Positions 24,931 through 37,339 of a stretch of 64,000 nt of DNA are shown piece by piece. Under the pieces are notes generated by a model. The model searched no databases. It was not told where the DNA came from and worked only from the letters and a program-made list of their open reading frames with translations. How positions within the stretch are numbered: position 1 is the first letter of the stretch; every line of letters starts with the position of its first letter. The position numbers and the translations under genes are program-made. This stretch comes from Selaginella moellendorffii (taxonomy: Eukaryota > Plantae > Lycopodiophyta), in the NCBI RefSeq assembly GCF_000143415.4, contig NW_003314327.1, positions 919,403 through 983,402 of the forward strand. The letters are read 5' to 3'.

Positions 24931-27900
24931 ATGGAGGACGAGGACGACGATCCGATTGCCGTAATGCAGCTCCACAGCTGGCCGGAGATCCCGCTCGGCG
25001 AAATCCAGCAGCTGACCGATGCAGCTCTATCGCCATCGCTCCGGCGATTGCTGCTTGTGTCGAGGACGTCGGGATCAGCGCGATTGCTCACATTGAAGAA
25101 AAATCTCTCCGTAAGTTTGCCACAGCCGATGGGATCATTCGCGTGGGGATGCCAGACAGATTGTTACACGAGCAATGGGGGATCGTCGGGGCCATTTGAG
25201 GAGCTGCTCTTCACTTGCAGCGATAGAGGTCTTATGATCTACGGGTTCGCAAGCAAGGTTAGCGAGCATGGCCTAGATTCTAGCAGCTCTAGCTCTATCT
25301 ACGAGGTTGAGCTGGGATATCACGACGTCGACAAACCGAAGCTCGTCTTTTTGGAAGCCGAGGCATGGCCGGATTTCGTACCATTGAGCATCGCGAGAGA
25401 CTCGCCTTCTTTCTTGAAGTTAGTCGAGTTCGCCATCAGGGACTCTGGTACCGACCAAGCATCTCTTGATGGAAGAAGCTATGGATTGGTTAGCTTGGTT
25501 TCAAGTTTCTCCGGCAGCTTGGTGGCAATGATCTTGCAAGAGGCTTCTAGTGGCGATCGAGCTGTAGTGATCGCCAGGATATCCGAATGGGACGTACGCT
25601 GGATCGCTCGGATTCTCCTCGACGGGCAGGGACAAGACTGGGTGGACTTTTCTCTGGTGCTGGACAGGTTCCTGGGTCTCACAGGCAGTGGCAAGATTTT
25701 TATCTGGGAAGCTTCGACGGGAAAGTTTCTATCTGTTGTTCATGTTTCAGGGACGACGGCCACCTTTTCGCGACTATATCCTGCCAAGCCTCGGGGACTT
25801 GTAGGTGTTGCGGACGAGCTCGGACAGATTTTCTTCGTCTCGCTGGAGAGTCACTTTTCTCAGCCTGGTATCGGTAGCTGGCGCTCAAGCTGGGAGCTTG
25901 CCGATTCCGAAGTTTGGATCCGCGAGGCTGGGACTAAGCCGACGCTTAGTCCCAGTGGATTCACTCCCAAGCACTTTTTGGCTGCGGGAAAATCATCCGG
26001 TTACAAAGGCAGGAAGCTCCGGAAGGTTGTATTGCCTTGTGTTTCTTCCAGTTCCAGTTCCGATGCTGCCATTGCAATAAGTTCGTGCTCGATAACTCGG
26101 TTGGTCAGAAGGGATGGCTCCGCCACAGTGGTGCAGAGTCCGTTGTATTGCTCGACAGGCACAGATGCCGCGACCAAGACTTGGACATACTCCAACGAAA
26201 CAGTGGGCTTCAGCTTTCAAGGGTCACTTTATCTCGTATCAGCAAACTCTCTGACCGTGGTTCTTCCTCCAGTCATTGATTCAAGTCATCAGGCACCTAG
26301 ACAGCAGTGGTGGTGTACGTCCACAAGAGAGCTTCCTAGCTTTTTGTCATGCCAAACTCCGGTCCCGCAACTACAGCAGTGGCAAATGGCAGTACTGGAC
26401 AGATGCCTCATTTATGACGGATTGGATGAGGCGGAGCACTTGTTCGTTGAAAATGGTGAGCTTTTTGTGAAGTTCGTTGAAGCTTGGAAATAGATTAATT
26501 CTAACACTGTAGGCTGGAACATCAGACTTGCACGACTGCGAAAGTTACAGTTGGCGTTAGACTATCAGCGAACAAATGAGATTGCACCGTAAGTTTCGTT
26601 ATTTCATTTCTCAACAAAAGTTTACACAGACCAAGCTCCTGTCCAGGTTGTTGAATAAGCTTATTCCTGTGGGTGGAGCTGAAACAGGTGTGCTACGTCT
26701 GATGTTTACTGCTGTGGAACTTATGTTGAATCAATTCGGCAGTGATAACGAGCTTTCTCAAGCAGCGCGGTAAATATGTTTCTTGTTACTTATCAATGGA
26801 TATCATCTACTTTGTGTTTCAGGTTGCTTGCCCTTGGTGCACGTTTCACCAGGGAATTGATTAAAGTTTATGGACTTCGAAGTTTTCCTGACGACAACCT
26901 TCAGACGTCACAGCCTCTCCTGGAACTTTCGCAGTTTCTGGAAACTATTAGAACCTTGCAAGACCATCTACATTCACGCAAGACTAGGCCAAATACTGAA
27001 AAGGTAAACAGTTTTGGAATTGGCTGCTTCCTTGAATTTTTTTGTTTCTTTTACTTTTTGCAGGATGAGGCTGTACCAGAGGTGGAAAGGCGGGTGCAAG
27101 CAACTCCTTCAGTCGAGCCACACTATAATGACGACCGCTTGGTTTCTACTGTTATAGCGTCACCTGAGGACGAAGAAAACAGTAGAAGACACCCTTCGCA
27201 GGAAACTCCGAAAGAGATGATCGCCCGTTGGGACAGTGAAAACATTGATGTTCTTGGTATCGTGAAGGATGCTTTACGTGCAGGACGCATACCTTTGGCA
27301 GTTGTACAACTTCACCACCGGAGGTGTGGAGAGACTGGTAAGAGGCAACTGGAGGCCGACGTTTTTAAGGAAGTTCGTGACATCGGCAGATCAATCGTCT
27401 ATGAGTTGCTTTGCAAGGTGACTTTCGGTTTTGGTTACGGTGGTAGCATTCTGATTTTTGGTACAGGGAAAGACGCCAATTGCATTGGCAGCGTTGCGCA
27501 GACTTGGAGAAGACATACCAACGGTGCTACATGATCTGGCATTTGGAACCGTACGGCGGTCATTACGAGCTCATACTACGAAAGAGCTGCGGAGGCACGG
27601 TCACCTTGATCCAAAAGAGTATCGCCTCTTACAAACTATTTCGCGAATTGAGGTAAACTAAGTTTGTTGCATCTTCGTTTTCTGACTTTATGTTATTGAA
27701 GAGTGTGTACCCAAGCAACAACTTCTGGAAAAGTTACCGCATACGACATGAAGATTCCGTTGGTACTTCAATGCCTAGCGATCGAAAGCTTCAGATTTGG
27801 TGTACATCGCCCGTTGGAGATTGTTCGATTGACTGTGGTGAGATTGATGGTGTGGTATTGGGATCATGGAATAGAATTATCGCTAAAGACGTGGAGGATG

Positions 27901-30900
27901 AAGTGAACAAAGAAGAGCGCTCTGCAGCATACTGGGCTGGTGCGCTGGTTTGGCTTCAATCGTTGGATGAGTTAACTATTGATCGGGTAACTAGATTCAA
28001 GTTTCAGTTTCTTCTCGCTCGTGACTAATGTTTGCTACCTGTAGATGATTCTGGAGCAATCTCAAGCATCAAATGTTGCATGGGATTCTCAGCTGAAGTA
28101 TGCGGTGGTACACCACTCGTGGTCCGCTTCAACAAGCTTGATCAGTGATATTCCTTCCTCGGAATTACAAGAATCTGAGCTGGAGATTCAGGTGCCAACT
28201 TCAAGAAATGGTATAGTGGTGGTGACAATACCCAAGGTCAAGCGGCTCGCGCCGAACTTAGATGCTTGCTCCAACTGGCTTCGTTATCTGGTTGAACGGG
28301 ATCTAGCAAGAGGTCACATTTTCTTGCGGTCGCTATGGACTGGTGCAACCGAGCTGCTTTCATTGCTTTCACGTGCCGGTCTTATATTTTCTCACTCGGC
28401 TTCAGACGTCCAACAAGTTGATACTGTAAAAGCCATCCAGCAGCTTGTAGTACGGTCTTGTGTGCAGTATCGTCTACCGTGGTTACTCGAGTTATATCTT
28501 GATCAGCATTTGTCAGGGTTCGATGAAGACGCGGAAACATTTTTGGAGATTGCGGTAATTCTTTTCGGATTGTTTTGTTCTTGTCACTTGAATTTTGGTT
28601 TTCCTAGGAAGACTGCCACTGGGCAAGATGGCTTCTTTTGTCACGTGACAACAAGTACGAATATGAAGCTTCTTTTGCAAATGCTATGGCAATCTTTGCG
28701 GGTCAGTCGATTTTGACACTAGACGACATGGCTACGTTTGGAAGTGAGCTCATGGCTCTCTCGACTCTAGCTTATGCTCCTGTTCTACCTCAAAAATGTT
28801 TATACTCGGGGGTGAAAAAGCAGTCTGGTAACAGCTGGCAGTGTAGTCTCGAGCAACTTCAAGCAGGTCTGAAACCATTCCCGACTCTTTGGAACACTTT
28901 AAAGTTTTGGTGCCTTGGGAAAAAGGTCAAAGTTGATCCCGGTAAGATAGTTGGGTACTTTTTTTGACATTATGATGACACGGGTGAAGCAGATTTGCCT
29001 AATTATCTACAGTGGCGTTTGAGCCTGTTTTCTTCAGCGGACTACGGGACATCGCTCTTAACTTTACTTCCGAGATGGCTTCCAAAAAGCTTCAAAAGAG
29101 TTTTGTATCTATCCATTCAGGTAGGTGATTATCCATCTTTGGTTTCCGAGCCGTGTAAGACCTGGTTTTAACAGGGAGGCGGTGTTGGAGAAAGTTTCAT
29201 GAGCCCAGCGTCTTGGGAGGAATCGATAAAAAAGAGGATTGACAAGCAGATTCATTTGAACTCGTTAGAGGTTTGAACTTATTATGTCGTTTTCCTCCTC
29301 ATGACGGTTGTTTTGTCTTTCAGACCCCAGAATCTAAGCTTGAACTTCAACTCCTTCAAGGATGTCCACTCGCTGCGTTTAGTTATTTAATGTCGCTACG
29401 AGCTAATGAAGGAAGGTCTGGAGATGATGGTGTGCTTTCTCACGTTGAGGAAGACCTGCTTTGCCTGGTAAGTTTCTCCCGCCTGGACGCTTTTTGTAAA
29501 ACCGGTGCTGTGCAGGTGAAGCCTCTTGGTGTACGTAATTTTAGAAACGATGTGGTCACCGCTGCATGTTCTCTGCTGCTAGAGCTCTGTGGCGTGTCTG
29601 CTACCGCCCTACGCACTGACATAGCCGCTCTTCGTCGAATCGCTGAAAGTGAATCCTCGGGCGAAGATGTGTCAAACTATCTTGCAGAATCGCTATCCAA
29701 TAGTTATACGGAAACAGGTGTAGCTGGTGAAGCGGACAAGCGTTGCACTTCACTTATTTTAGAGCACCTAGAAAGAGCCAGTATGACTGGAGAAGACGCA
29801 AACGGGCTATGGCTTAAGACAGGTGAGGGAAATGGACAAGAACTGCGTACGTCTCAGATGTCAATGAGTGAACGTTGGAGTTTGGTAACGGCGTTTTGCC
29901 GAGTTCATCACTTGGCACTCAGTACAGTTTACCTTACTCACTTGGCTGGAGATGATGACTGGGTACGTAGGACTTCATTTGCTTCAAGCATCGTAACATC
30001 TGAAATTTTGACAGGTTGGATTCCTAGCTGAAGCTCAGTCTGAAGGTTGTCCGCTCGATATACTTGTTGGGGTGGTAAGTCCTCTTCTATTTGTTTTTTT
30101 CCCATTGTCGTAATATTCTGTATTTCAGGCATCAAAGAATTTTACAGATGAGCAACTACGAAGTCACGTTTTGACTGTTTTAAATAGCATGTCCGGGAAA
30201 TCTGATCACACGGAAATTTTGGACCACAACGAGTTATTTTCACTGATAGCGGAAATTGAGAGTCGTAAAACTCCTGGAGCAGATTTGATTCAAAAGGCAA
30301 AAAGCATGCGTTGGCCACTACTTGCTGTAGTGGCCTCTTGCTTCAACGACGTATCTCCACTCACGTGCGTGGCTGCATGGCTGGAAGTAACAGCAGAAAG
30401 GTAGGCCAAGTTGGCTATGGATTTGCAGATAGTTAACAGTTGCATTGTAGAGAAACCAATGGTGTAGGAGCTGCTTTGGCATCTAATGTGGGGTATGCTG
30501 TGGATGCTACAAATGCAGTATATCATACGCACCATCGGTTGCCAGTCTACACTCGCATCAATGCGAAAAGACGACGTCTTTTGTCAAGTCAGAACGAGGA
30601 TGATTTTATCGAGTCCTGCCAGCCTATGCAACCAACCCAGATACTTCAGGCTGGAGATGGCACTCAAGAGTCTTTGGCAAAAATGGTTGCAACTCTGTGC
30701 GAAAAGCAGCTGTTCATTCCTCTGCTTAAAGCATTCGAGCTGTTTCTTCCGTCTTCACCTCTGCTTCACTTTATTAGATTTCTGCGGGTAAGCTTACTCT
30801 TCTTTCTGTACAAGCTTTTAACCATATTTCGTGTCCAGGCCTTTTCACAGATGAGGTTGTCTGAAGCTTCGGCTCATTTGGCCGACTTTTCTGCATTTTT

Positions 30901-33900
30901 GAAAGAAGAAATTCACAGTAGGGGTGGAAGAAGTGGAACAACATGGATCAGTAAAGCAGCTATTGCTGGGGCCAATGCGATATTGGCTGCGTGTCCTTCT
31001 GCCTATGAGAAGCGCTGCATGTTGCAGTTGCTTGCTGCAGCAGATTTTGGTGATGGAGGTGTTGCTGCTATGGGATACAGAAAGCTTTACTGGAAAATCC
31101 AGCTTGCGGATCCGTCATTGCGTCAAGGGAGACAGTCGGGAACGCAGGTTGATGACTTGGATGACGACGCTCTTTTAAAAGATCTCGAAGCGAGTGGTCA
31201 ATGGGAAGACGCTCGTAGTTGGGCGAGGCAACTTGATCTCAGCAATCAAGGGAATTCGGGTGCAGTTCATCACGTAACAGAGATGCAGGTAAACGGCTTA
31301 ACAACTCTGGTTAGTAATTTGTGTTGATATGTTTTTCAGGCAGAGGCAATGGTTGCCGAATGGAAGGAGTTGCTTTGGGATGTACCCGAGCAAAGAGCAG
31401 CACTATGGCGGCACTGTCAGGCGCTTTTCACTAAACATTCGTACCCTCCGCTCAAGGTAGTGTTTTTAGTTGCTTGTTATAGCCTTGCCGACATTTTGTG
31501 TTTTTTTTTCAGGCTGGTATGTTTTTCTTGAAGCACGCTGAGGACATTGAGCAACATGGCCTACCTGCAGAGCTGCATGCAGTACTGCTGCTGGCACTTC
31601 AATGGCTTAGCGGTTCGATCACTGGATCAGCTCCGTATGTGATACTTCACATTATTTTCTTTGTTTAACTTTAATGTTTCTTTCCAGTGTCTATCCGGTT
31701 CCTCTGCTCCGTGAACTTGAGACTAGAGTGTGGCTCTTGGCCGTGGAATCTGAAGTTTTGATGAAGAGCAGCAGCTCAAACAGTCCAACTTTTAGGCTTG
31801 GAGCACTAAATCTGGAAAGTCCATTCAGCATGCACAGCGGGAGCCCTGTTGATCGCACGGCAGCTAAGATTGCAACTGTTGATGGCCACCTCAAAGTCTT
31901 CAACTCTATGCACGCAGACATAATGGACGATATTCGGCAGGTTCACAGCCCCGTAGGTTCTGGTGGTAAAGACGGAGGGTCTAAACCAAAACGCAGACTT
32001 CTTAGACGTGGCCAGGAGAAGGAACAAACATCACCTGATATGGACAACAAGTTGAAGATCACTGACGAAGACTCTACTGCTGGCTGGGAAGACAAGGTTG
32101 GGGAGGGGGAAGTTGAAAGAGCGATTCTCGCGCTCGTTGAAGTTGGTCAGGTGCAAGCAGCAAGACAACTTCAACAAAAGTTGTCACCCAGTCGTGTACC
32201 GGCAGAGCTTGTCTGGGCTGAGACGGCTTACAACGTTGCCATGCTCTCGAGTCCTACTGTGAAGGGATCAATAAGAGGATCAGCTTTGGGTGCACCTGTC
32301 ATGAAGACGCTCAACAAACTGAAGTTGAAAGATGTCTCGTCTGCTTCGCCTCTTCAGGTAAGAACTTGTCCGTTCCTTTTTGTGTTTTAACTTGGCTGTT
32401 CTGCTCAGGCTATGGAGGCTTTGACTGCGGCATGTCGAGAAGGCTGTGGTCGTGGCCATTGCAGACGAGTTACTGCCGTGGCTCAGATTGCCAACTTTTT
32501 GGACCTGCCTTTCTTTGAAGCCTTCCAAAAGCATCCGACTGAACTGCTTCAGCTTCTTTCTCTAAAAGGCCAAGATGCTGTTTCAGAAGCTAAACTTTTG
32601 GTGGCCACCCATTCGATCAACGCATCCAGTATTGCTCGCATTTTGGCCGAGTCATTTCTCAAGGTGTGGTTTTTTAAGTCTTTCATTTCTTTCGTTATTT
32701 CTTTTTCTTTGTGATATATCCAGGGTCTCCTTGCTGCACATCGCGGTGGATACATGGACTCGTCTTCCTCGAAGGAGGAGGGACCGGCACCACTGTTATG
32801 GCGATCATCCGATTTTGTACAATGGGGTCAGCTATGTCCATCTGAACCAGAACTTGGACATGCTTTGATGCGACTAGTAATAAGTGGGCATGATATGCCG
32901 CACGCTTGCGAGGTACAAACTTTTTCTTTCGTCTTGTGCGATCCTTGACTCGGTACAACACACAGGTGGAGCTACTTATACTAGCGCATCAATTCTACGA
33001 GTCATCTGCATGTCTTGATGGAATGGACGTGCTGGTTGCTCTAGCAGCCACTAGAGTGGAAGCTTATGTGGCTGAAGGAGACTTCTCAGCCCTTGCCCGG
33101 TTGGTAACAGGTGTGAGCAACTTCCAAGCTCTGCGTTTTGTCTTGGATCTGCTGATAGAAAACGGTCAACTGGAGTTGCTGCTCAAGAAACGTGCTGCTG
33201 TTGATGCCTTGAAGGAGTCATCGGCATCTGTCCGAGGCTTCCGAATGGCCGTTATCTCAGCTCTGAAGCACTTCAACCCGCATGATTTAGACGCGTTTGG
33301 AATGGTTAGTAACTTCTCGCACCGTCATCTGCTTTGTTGCCTAAGCGTCCGTTTTTCTTGTATGCGCAGGTGTTCAGCCATTTCAGCATGGCCCACGAGA
33401 TGGCTAATCTTTTGGAATCAAGAGGACGGAAAGGCTTAACTCGGTCCATTAGGAACGATCCAGAGCAGAACGAAGAGGTGCTGGAGATAATGAGGTTCTT
33501 TGTGGAAGCGTCGGAGGTGTATGCGGGGATTGATTGTGGAAACAAGACAAGGTGGTGCTGCGCTCAGGCCTCGTTGCTCTCGTTGCAGCTCAGAATGCCA
33601 GAAATCATGTGGCTCAACCTGACGGAAACAAATGCTCGACGTTTGCTAGTAGACCAGCGCCGGTTCCAGGAAGCATTGATAGTAGCAGAAGCCTACGGCC
33701 TCAACCAGCCCGCGGAGTGGGTTCCTGTGCTGTGGAACCAGGTGCTGTCACCAGGTTGGATCGAGCACTTCCTCACCGAGTTTGTGGCGTCATTGCCGCT
33801 CCGTCCATCCACGCTCATGGAGCTAGCTCGAATCTACCGGTCAGAAGTGTTGGCCAGAGGCGACCACCTGGACTTCTCGAAGTGGCTCACCTCTGGCATG

Positions 33901-34101
33901 CCACACGAGATCACCAAGTCGTTCAGGAGTATACTCAAGCACGTAGGCGACTTCAGGCTACGAACACAGCTCACAACTCTGGCCTCGGGCTTCCCCGACG
34001 TGCTTGATATGTGCGCTCGGATTCTAGACAAGGTGCCGGACATAGCTGGTCCACTGGTTCTCAAGCGGGGACACGGTGGAACTTACGTCTCGCTCATGTA
34101 G
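24931..34101 (+). CDS. SPG11: Spatacsin (SPG11, AP-5 associated), multi-exon
   Basis: KDALRAGRIPLAVVQLH, MRWPLLAVVASCF, VELLILAHQFY...CLDG, RFQEALIVAEAYGLNQPAEW; ends LVLKRGHGGTYVSLM*, as in plant spatacsins. Confidence 0.92.
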
Positions 34102-34170
34102 ATAAACATGTCGATCGATCGGTCGGCGTGTATAGATTCATGAGGTAAACAGCTCGTTTTGCTGCTTTTT

Positions 34171-35988
34171 CTAGGCAGAATAATATTGCAGATAAGCGGC
34201 CATCAAAATCCTCCATGCCACATTGTCTGCTTCGAACGGCATCGAGTGCATCAATTCTTGCGCTCCATCAAAGTTGCCTGCTCGGCCGACGAGATCGATC
34301 ATGCAAATGTAGTGTTCCAGCGCCAGCCGGGTGTGGTAGTCGGCCTCCAAGCTCAGGAAGAACGAGCAGCCAACGTCCAAGGCTCCGGCATGGCTGCACA
34401 CGGACAGGACGCAGAGGCTGGTGATCTTGTTGGGAGCAACTCCATCCAGCAGCATGAGCCGCAGGAGGTCCAAAGCCTCGGCCACGTCGTGATGCACCGC
34501 TGCCACCATGCTGCTCCACGACACCACGTCTCTCCGGTACTCGATCGTCTCGAACACCGCTTTGGCATCGCTCACGTTCCCACACCTGACGTGAAAGTTG
34601 AGCACCGCGTTGGCCACAACGACGTCCGGCTCCCCGCTGTTCCATTTGATGGTGCACTGTAGCAGTGACGCTCCCAGCGCATCCAGTCCCAGGTTTGCAC
34701 AGGCATCCAGCAGCGTGGTGAGAGTGATCTTATCGGCCTTGACGGCGTCCTGCTGCATCCGCTCCCAGAGCTCAAGAGCCTGCTCGTTTTCACGGTTCTG
34801 GACACAGGCCGAGAGGATGGCATTCCACGACACCAAGTCGCGATCGGGCATCCACTCGAAGACGGACAGAGCAGCAGCCAAGTCCCCCCGCCGAGAGCAC
34901 ACAGCAATCACAGCATTCCAGGAGACGAGGTTGTGGCATGCCATCTTGTGCCACGCCTCCACTGCTAGATCCATCTCCTCACTGCTGACCAAGGCTGCCA
35001 GCATCGCGTTCCACGACACGACGTCGCGTCCGCTCAAGCCGTCGAACACCGCCTTGGCGCTGCTGCTGCTCCTCCACGCTCCATACATGGTCACCAGGCT
35101 GTTCCCGACTGCTACGTCGCTGATCCCAAGCTCCGCCACCTCTTGGTGAAGCGCCCTTCCGAAAACTCTCAAGAACGACGACGACGACGAAGAAGAAGAA
35201 GATGAGGCCTCGAAGGCGCTGACGAGCGTGAAGACGTCGGGCGGATGGTAGTCACCTTGGGCGTCCATGAGGCTAAAGAGTTCCAACGCGCGCCTGGCAG
35301 TGGAAGAGCAGCGGCTGTGAGCTGCGATGATTGCATTCCAAGACACCCGGTCGCGACCACCATCGCCGCAAGCTTGGAAGAGCTGCGCTGCTTGCTCTGG
35401 TTTACCGCCCTGGGCAAATGCGGCGATCATCACGTTCCTCGAGACAACGTCCCACATTGGCATCCGGTCGAAGGTCCGCTTGGCTCGCTCGCCACTGTGA
35501 TCCAGCTGCAGCTGTGCCGACATGACGATGTTCCACGAGAAGTGGTTCCTCCTCTCCATCTGATCCAGAAAGACACGGACGGCCTCCTCCGGCTCCCCGC
35601 AGCGCTTGAACATGTCCATCACCAGGTTCTTGAGGAAGGTGTGCTTGGCCAGACCCCTCCTCACGATGTGCGCCACGATCCTCCGGCCCTCTTGAATGCT
35701 CCTCGCCTGGCGGAGGAGGAATCCATAGCTGTTGATGTCCAGCTGCTTGTCCGCGCTCCATCGCTCCAACACGTCCACCACGTCGGAGACTCTCTCCTTG
35801 CCGCTGCTACTGCCGGTGCGAGTATCGAGCTCCTGCTGGGCGAGCGCTCCCCAGATGGAGCACTGATCTTGCTGGAGAGTGCCGGCCATCCATTGCAAGT
35901 AGCTGTCTGGGAGACGCGCAAGTTCCTCGCCTTTGTGCCTTCCAAAGCTCACCACCACGCGGCCCCTGCTGTTGATCACTGGCCTCAT
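34171..35988 (-). CDS. PLS-class PPR protein (partial E domain, no DYW) with an N-terminal DUF3820/ExoX-C-like FGRHKG domain; single exon
   Basis: Repeated VSWNAM/ILxA motifs; L2/S2 segments (ITSLCVLSVCSHAG, EHYICMIDLVGRAG); E1 start MPFEADNVAWRILMAA then stop. N-terminal VSFGRHKGEELARLPDSYLQW. First ATG at 35988; the ORF track starts at GTG 36000. Confidence 0.9.
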   Translation of the reverse strand: MRPVINSRGRVVVSFGRHKGEELARLPDSYLQWMAGTLQQDQCSIWGALAQQELDTRTGSSSGKERVSDVVDVLERWSADKQLDINSYGFLLRQARSIQEGRRIVAHIVRRGLAKHTFLKNLVMDMFKRCGEPEEAVRVFLDQMERRNHFSWNIVMSAQLQLDHSGERAKRTFDRMPMWDVVSRNVMIAAFAQGGKPEQAAQLFQACGDGGRDRVSWNAIIAAHSRCSSTARRALELFSLMDAQGDYHPPDVFTLVSAFEASSSSSSSSSSFLRVFGRALHQEVAELGISDVAVGNSLVTMYGAWRSSSSAKAVFDGLSGRDVVSWNAMLAALVSSEEMDLAVEAWHKMACHNLVSWNAVIAVCSRRGDLAAALSVFEWMPDRDLVSWNAILSACVQNRENEQALELWERMQQDAVKADKITLTTLLDACANLGLDALGASLLQCTIKWNSGEPDVVVANAVLNFHVRCGNVSDAKAVFETIEYRRDVVSWSSMVAAVHHDVAEALDLLRLMLLDGVAPNKITSLCVLSVCSHAGALDVGCSFFLSLEADYHTRLALEHYICMIDLVGRAGNFDGAQELMHSMPFEADNVAWRILMAAYLQYYSA

Positions 35989-35996
35989 CAAGGATA

Positions 35997-37157
35997 TCAC
36001 GGATTCAATCGCCTCCGGTCTCGCTGATGCCTCGCCCGATCACTTGCCCGGAGCTCGCCGCCATACATTCTGGACGCCACCTCCTGGATCTTAGAATGCA
36101 GTGGCTGGATCATGGAGCGGTATGTCATCCTGCGCCTGGGGATGCTGTGATAGTAGTAGGGGTCCTGATGATCATCAACCTCGGCATGCCGCGCGGGAGC
36201 AGCGCTAGCGTGCTTTCTTCTAGATGGAATCCTTGGCATTGATCTCGGCTTGGCCACGGCTCTCACGCGATCGCCGCCGTCTGACGACGATCGGTCCTCC
36301 CACTCCCAGAATTGTTTCTTCGTCTTGGTTTTGTTCAATGTCTTGTTATTGCGAGGAGATGAATTTGCGCGCCTGAAGAACTGAGGAGCCAACAAGGTAT
36401 CGTTGCTACTCGTGCTGCTGCCACTCTCACGATCATTTGCTTGCAACTCAGCAAGGGCGCTGAGATTCTTGTGCTGCTTGCAGACAGACGAGCGAGGAGC
36501 TGGAGTAACAGTAGCAGCTGTGGGTGTGGATCGAGGTCGAGAAGCTGCTGCGGGAGTAGTAGGAGACGACTTGGTGGACGAGGGCGATGATGCAGCTTTG
36601 CGAGAGCGAGATCGCGAGAGCAAGCATTGTCTGATGCGCTCCGGAACAATCTCTGGCGGCAGCAGCAGCAGAGCTTGATCACCACTTCTGTGCTTGCTCT
36701 TCCGTGCTGCCACTGCTGCTTTGACATAGGGATTGGAAGATGGAGGAGGCATAGCAGCCGCGATGGCCGGTGAATCCCACGCCGCCGCCACCTTGGAACC
36801 GGGATTGGAATCCACCCCTGTTTTTGGCGCGTTCTCGTTCTTGTGCTCTTCGTCTCGATCAGCACTGATACTGTTCGTGTGGGGCAGTGGTTTGGGCTTG
36901 GAGACGGTGACCGAGACGGGGCTCGCGGATGGATCGCTGGGATCGAGCTTGACGTGAGCTTGGATCGCGATGCTGAGCCTGTCCACGGCCGGAGGAGCAT
37001 CGCGATCGCCAGCATTTCCATTTCCAGTGGCGTGGTCGGTCTTCTTGGCGTGGCTGCTCTTCCTCTTCTTCTTGCCGGTGGGCAGCATGATGAGCGCGGG
37101 CGTGAGCGTGATCTTGTGTGAGGTCAGAGGCGATGCTTGGAGCGCAACACCCGCCAT
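35997..37157 (-). CDS. Orphan low-complexity basic Ser/Pro/Ala-rich protein, 386 aa, single ORF
   Basis: Long ATG-initiated ORF preceded by a telo-like motif; no family motif recognised. Confidence 0.55.
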   Translation of the reverse strand: MAGVALQASPLTSHKITLTPALIMLPTGKKKRKSSHAKKTDHATGNGNAGDRDAPPAVDRLSIAIQAHVKLDPSDPSASPVSVTVSKPKPLPHTNSISADRDEEHKNENAPKTGVDSNPGSKVAAAWDSPAIAAAMPPPSSNPYVKAAVAARKSKHRSGDQALLLLPPEIVPERIRQCLLSRSRSRKAASSPSSTKSSPTTPAAASRPRSTPTAATVTPAPRSSVCKQHKNLSALAELQANDRESGSSTSSNDTLLAPQFFRRANSSPRNNKTLNKTKTKKQFWEWEDRSSSDGGDRVRAVAKPRSMPRIPSRRKHASAAPARHAEVDDHQDPYYYHSIPRRRMTYRSMIQPLHSKIQEVASRMYGGELRASDRARHQRDRRRLNP

Positions 37158-37339
37158 ATCCCCCGCTCTAGCCCTAACCCTAAAAACCAGTCAAACCCAT
37201 AGAAAAAGGCGAGCGATGGCACCACCGGGAGGGCGCTGGCGCCGCTGCTGCCTCCGCTAATTCTTGTGGATCGGATCGGGAGGGAGGAGCGCGTGCGTGC
37301 GCGGGTGAGATCGATCCATCGATCAATCGGCTAAAGGCG

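Noticed and set aside
24848-25091. Apparent head-to-head coding overlap of the 368-aa minus ORF with SPG11
   Set aside because: The splice phase supports a start at 24847 in another frame, so the extension is incidental.
35989-35997. ATATCCTTG (AT-AC donor-like) overlapping the stop of the orphan ORF, which could splice it to the PPR
   Set aside because: I found no convincing U12 branch site with an in-frame AC acceptor downstream; treated as coincidence pending cDNA.
35245-36027. 260-aa plus-strand ORF opposite the PPR gene
   Set aside because: Antisense shadow in GC-rich coding sequence.
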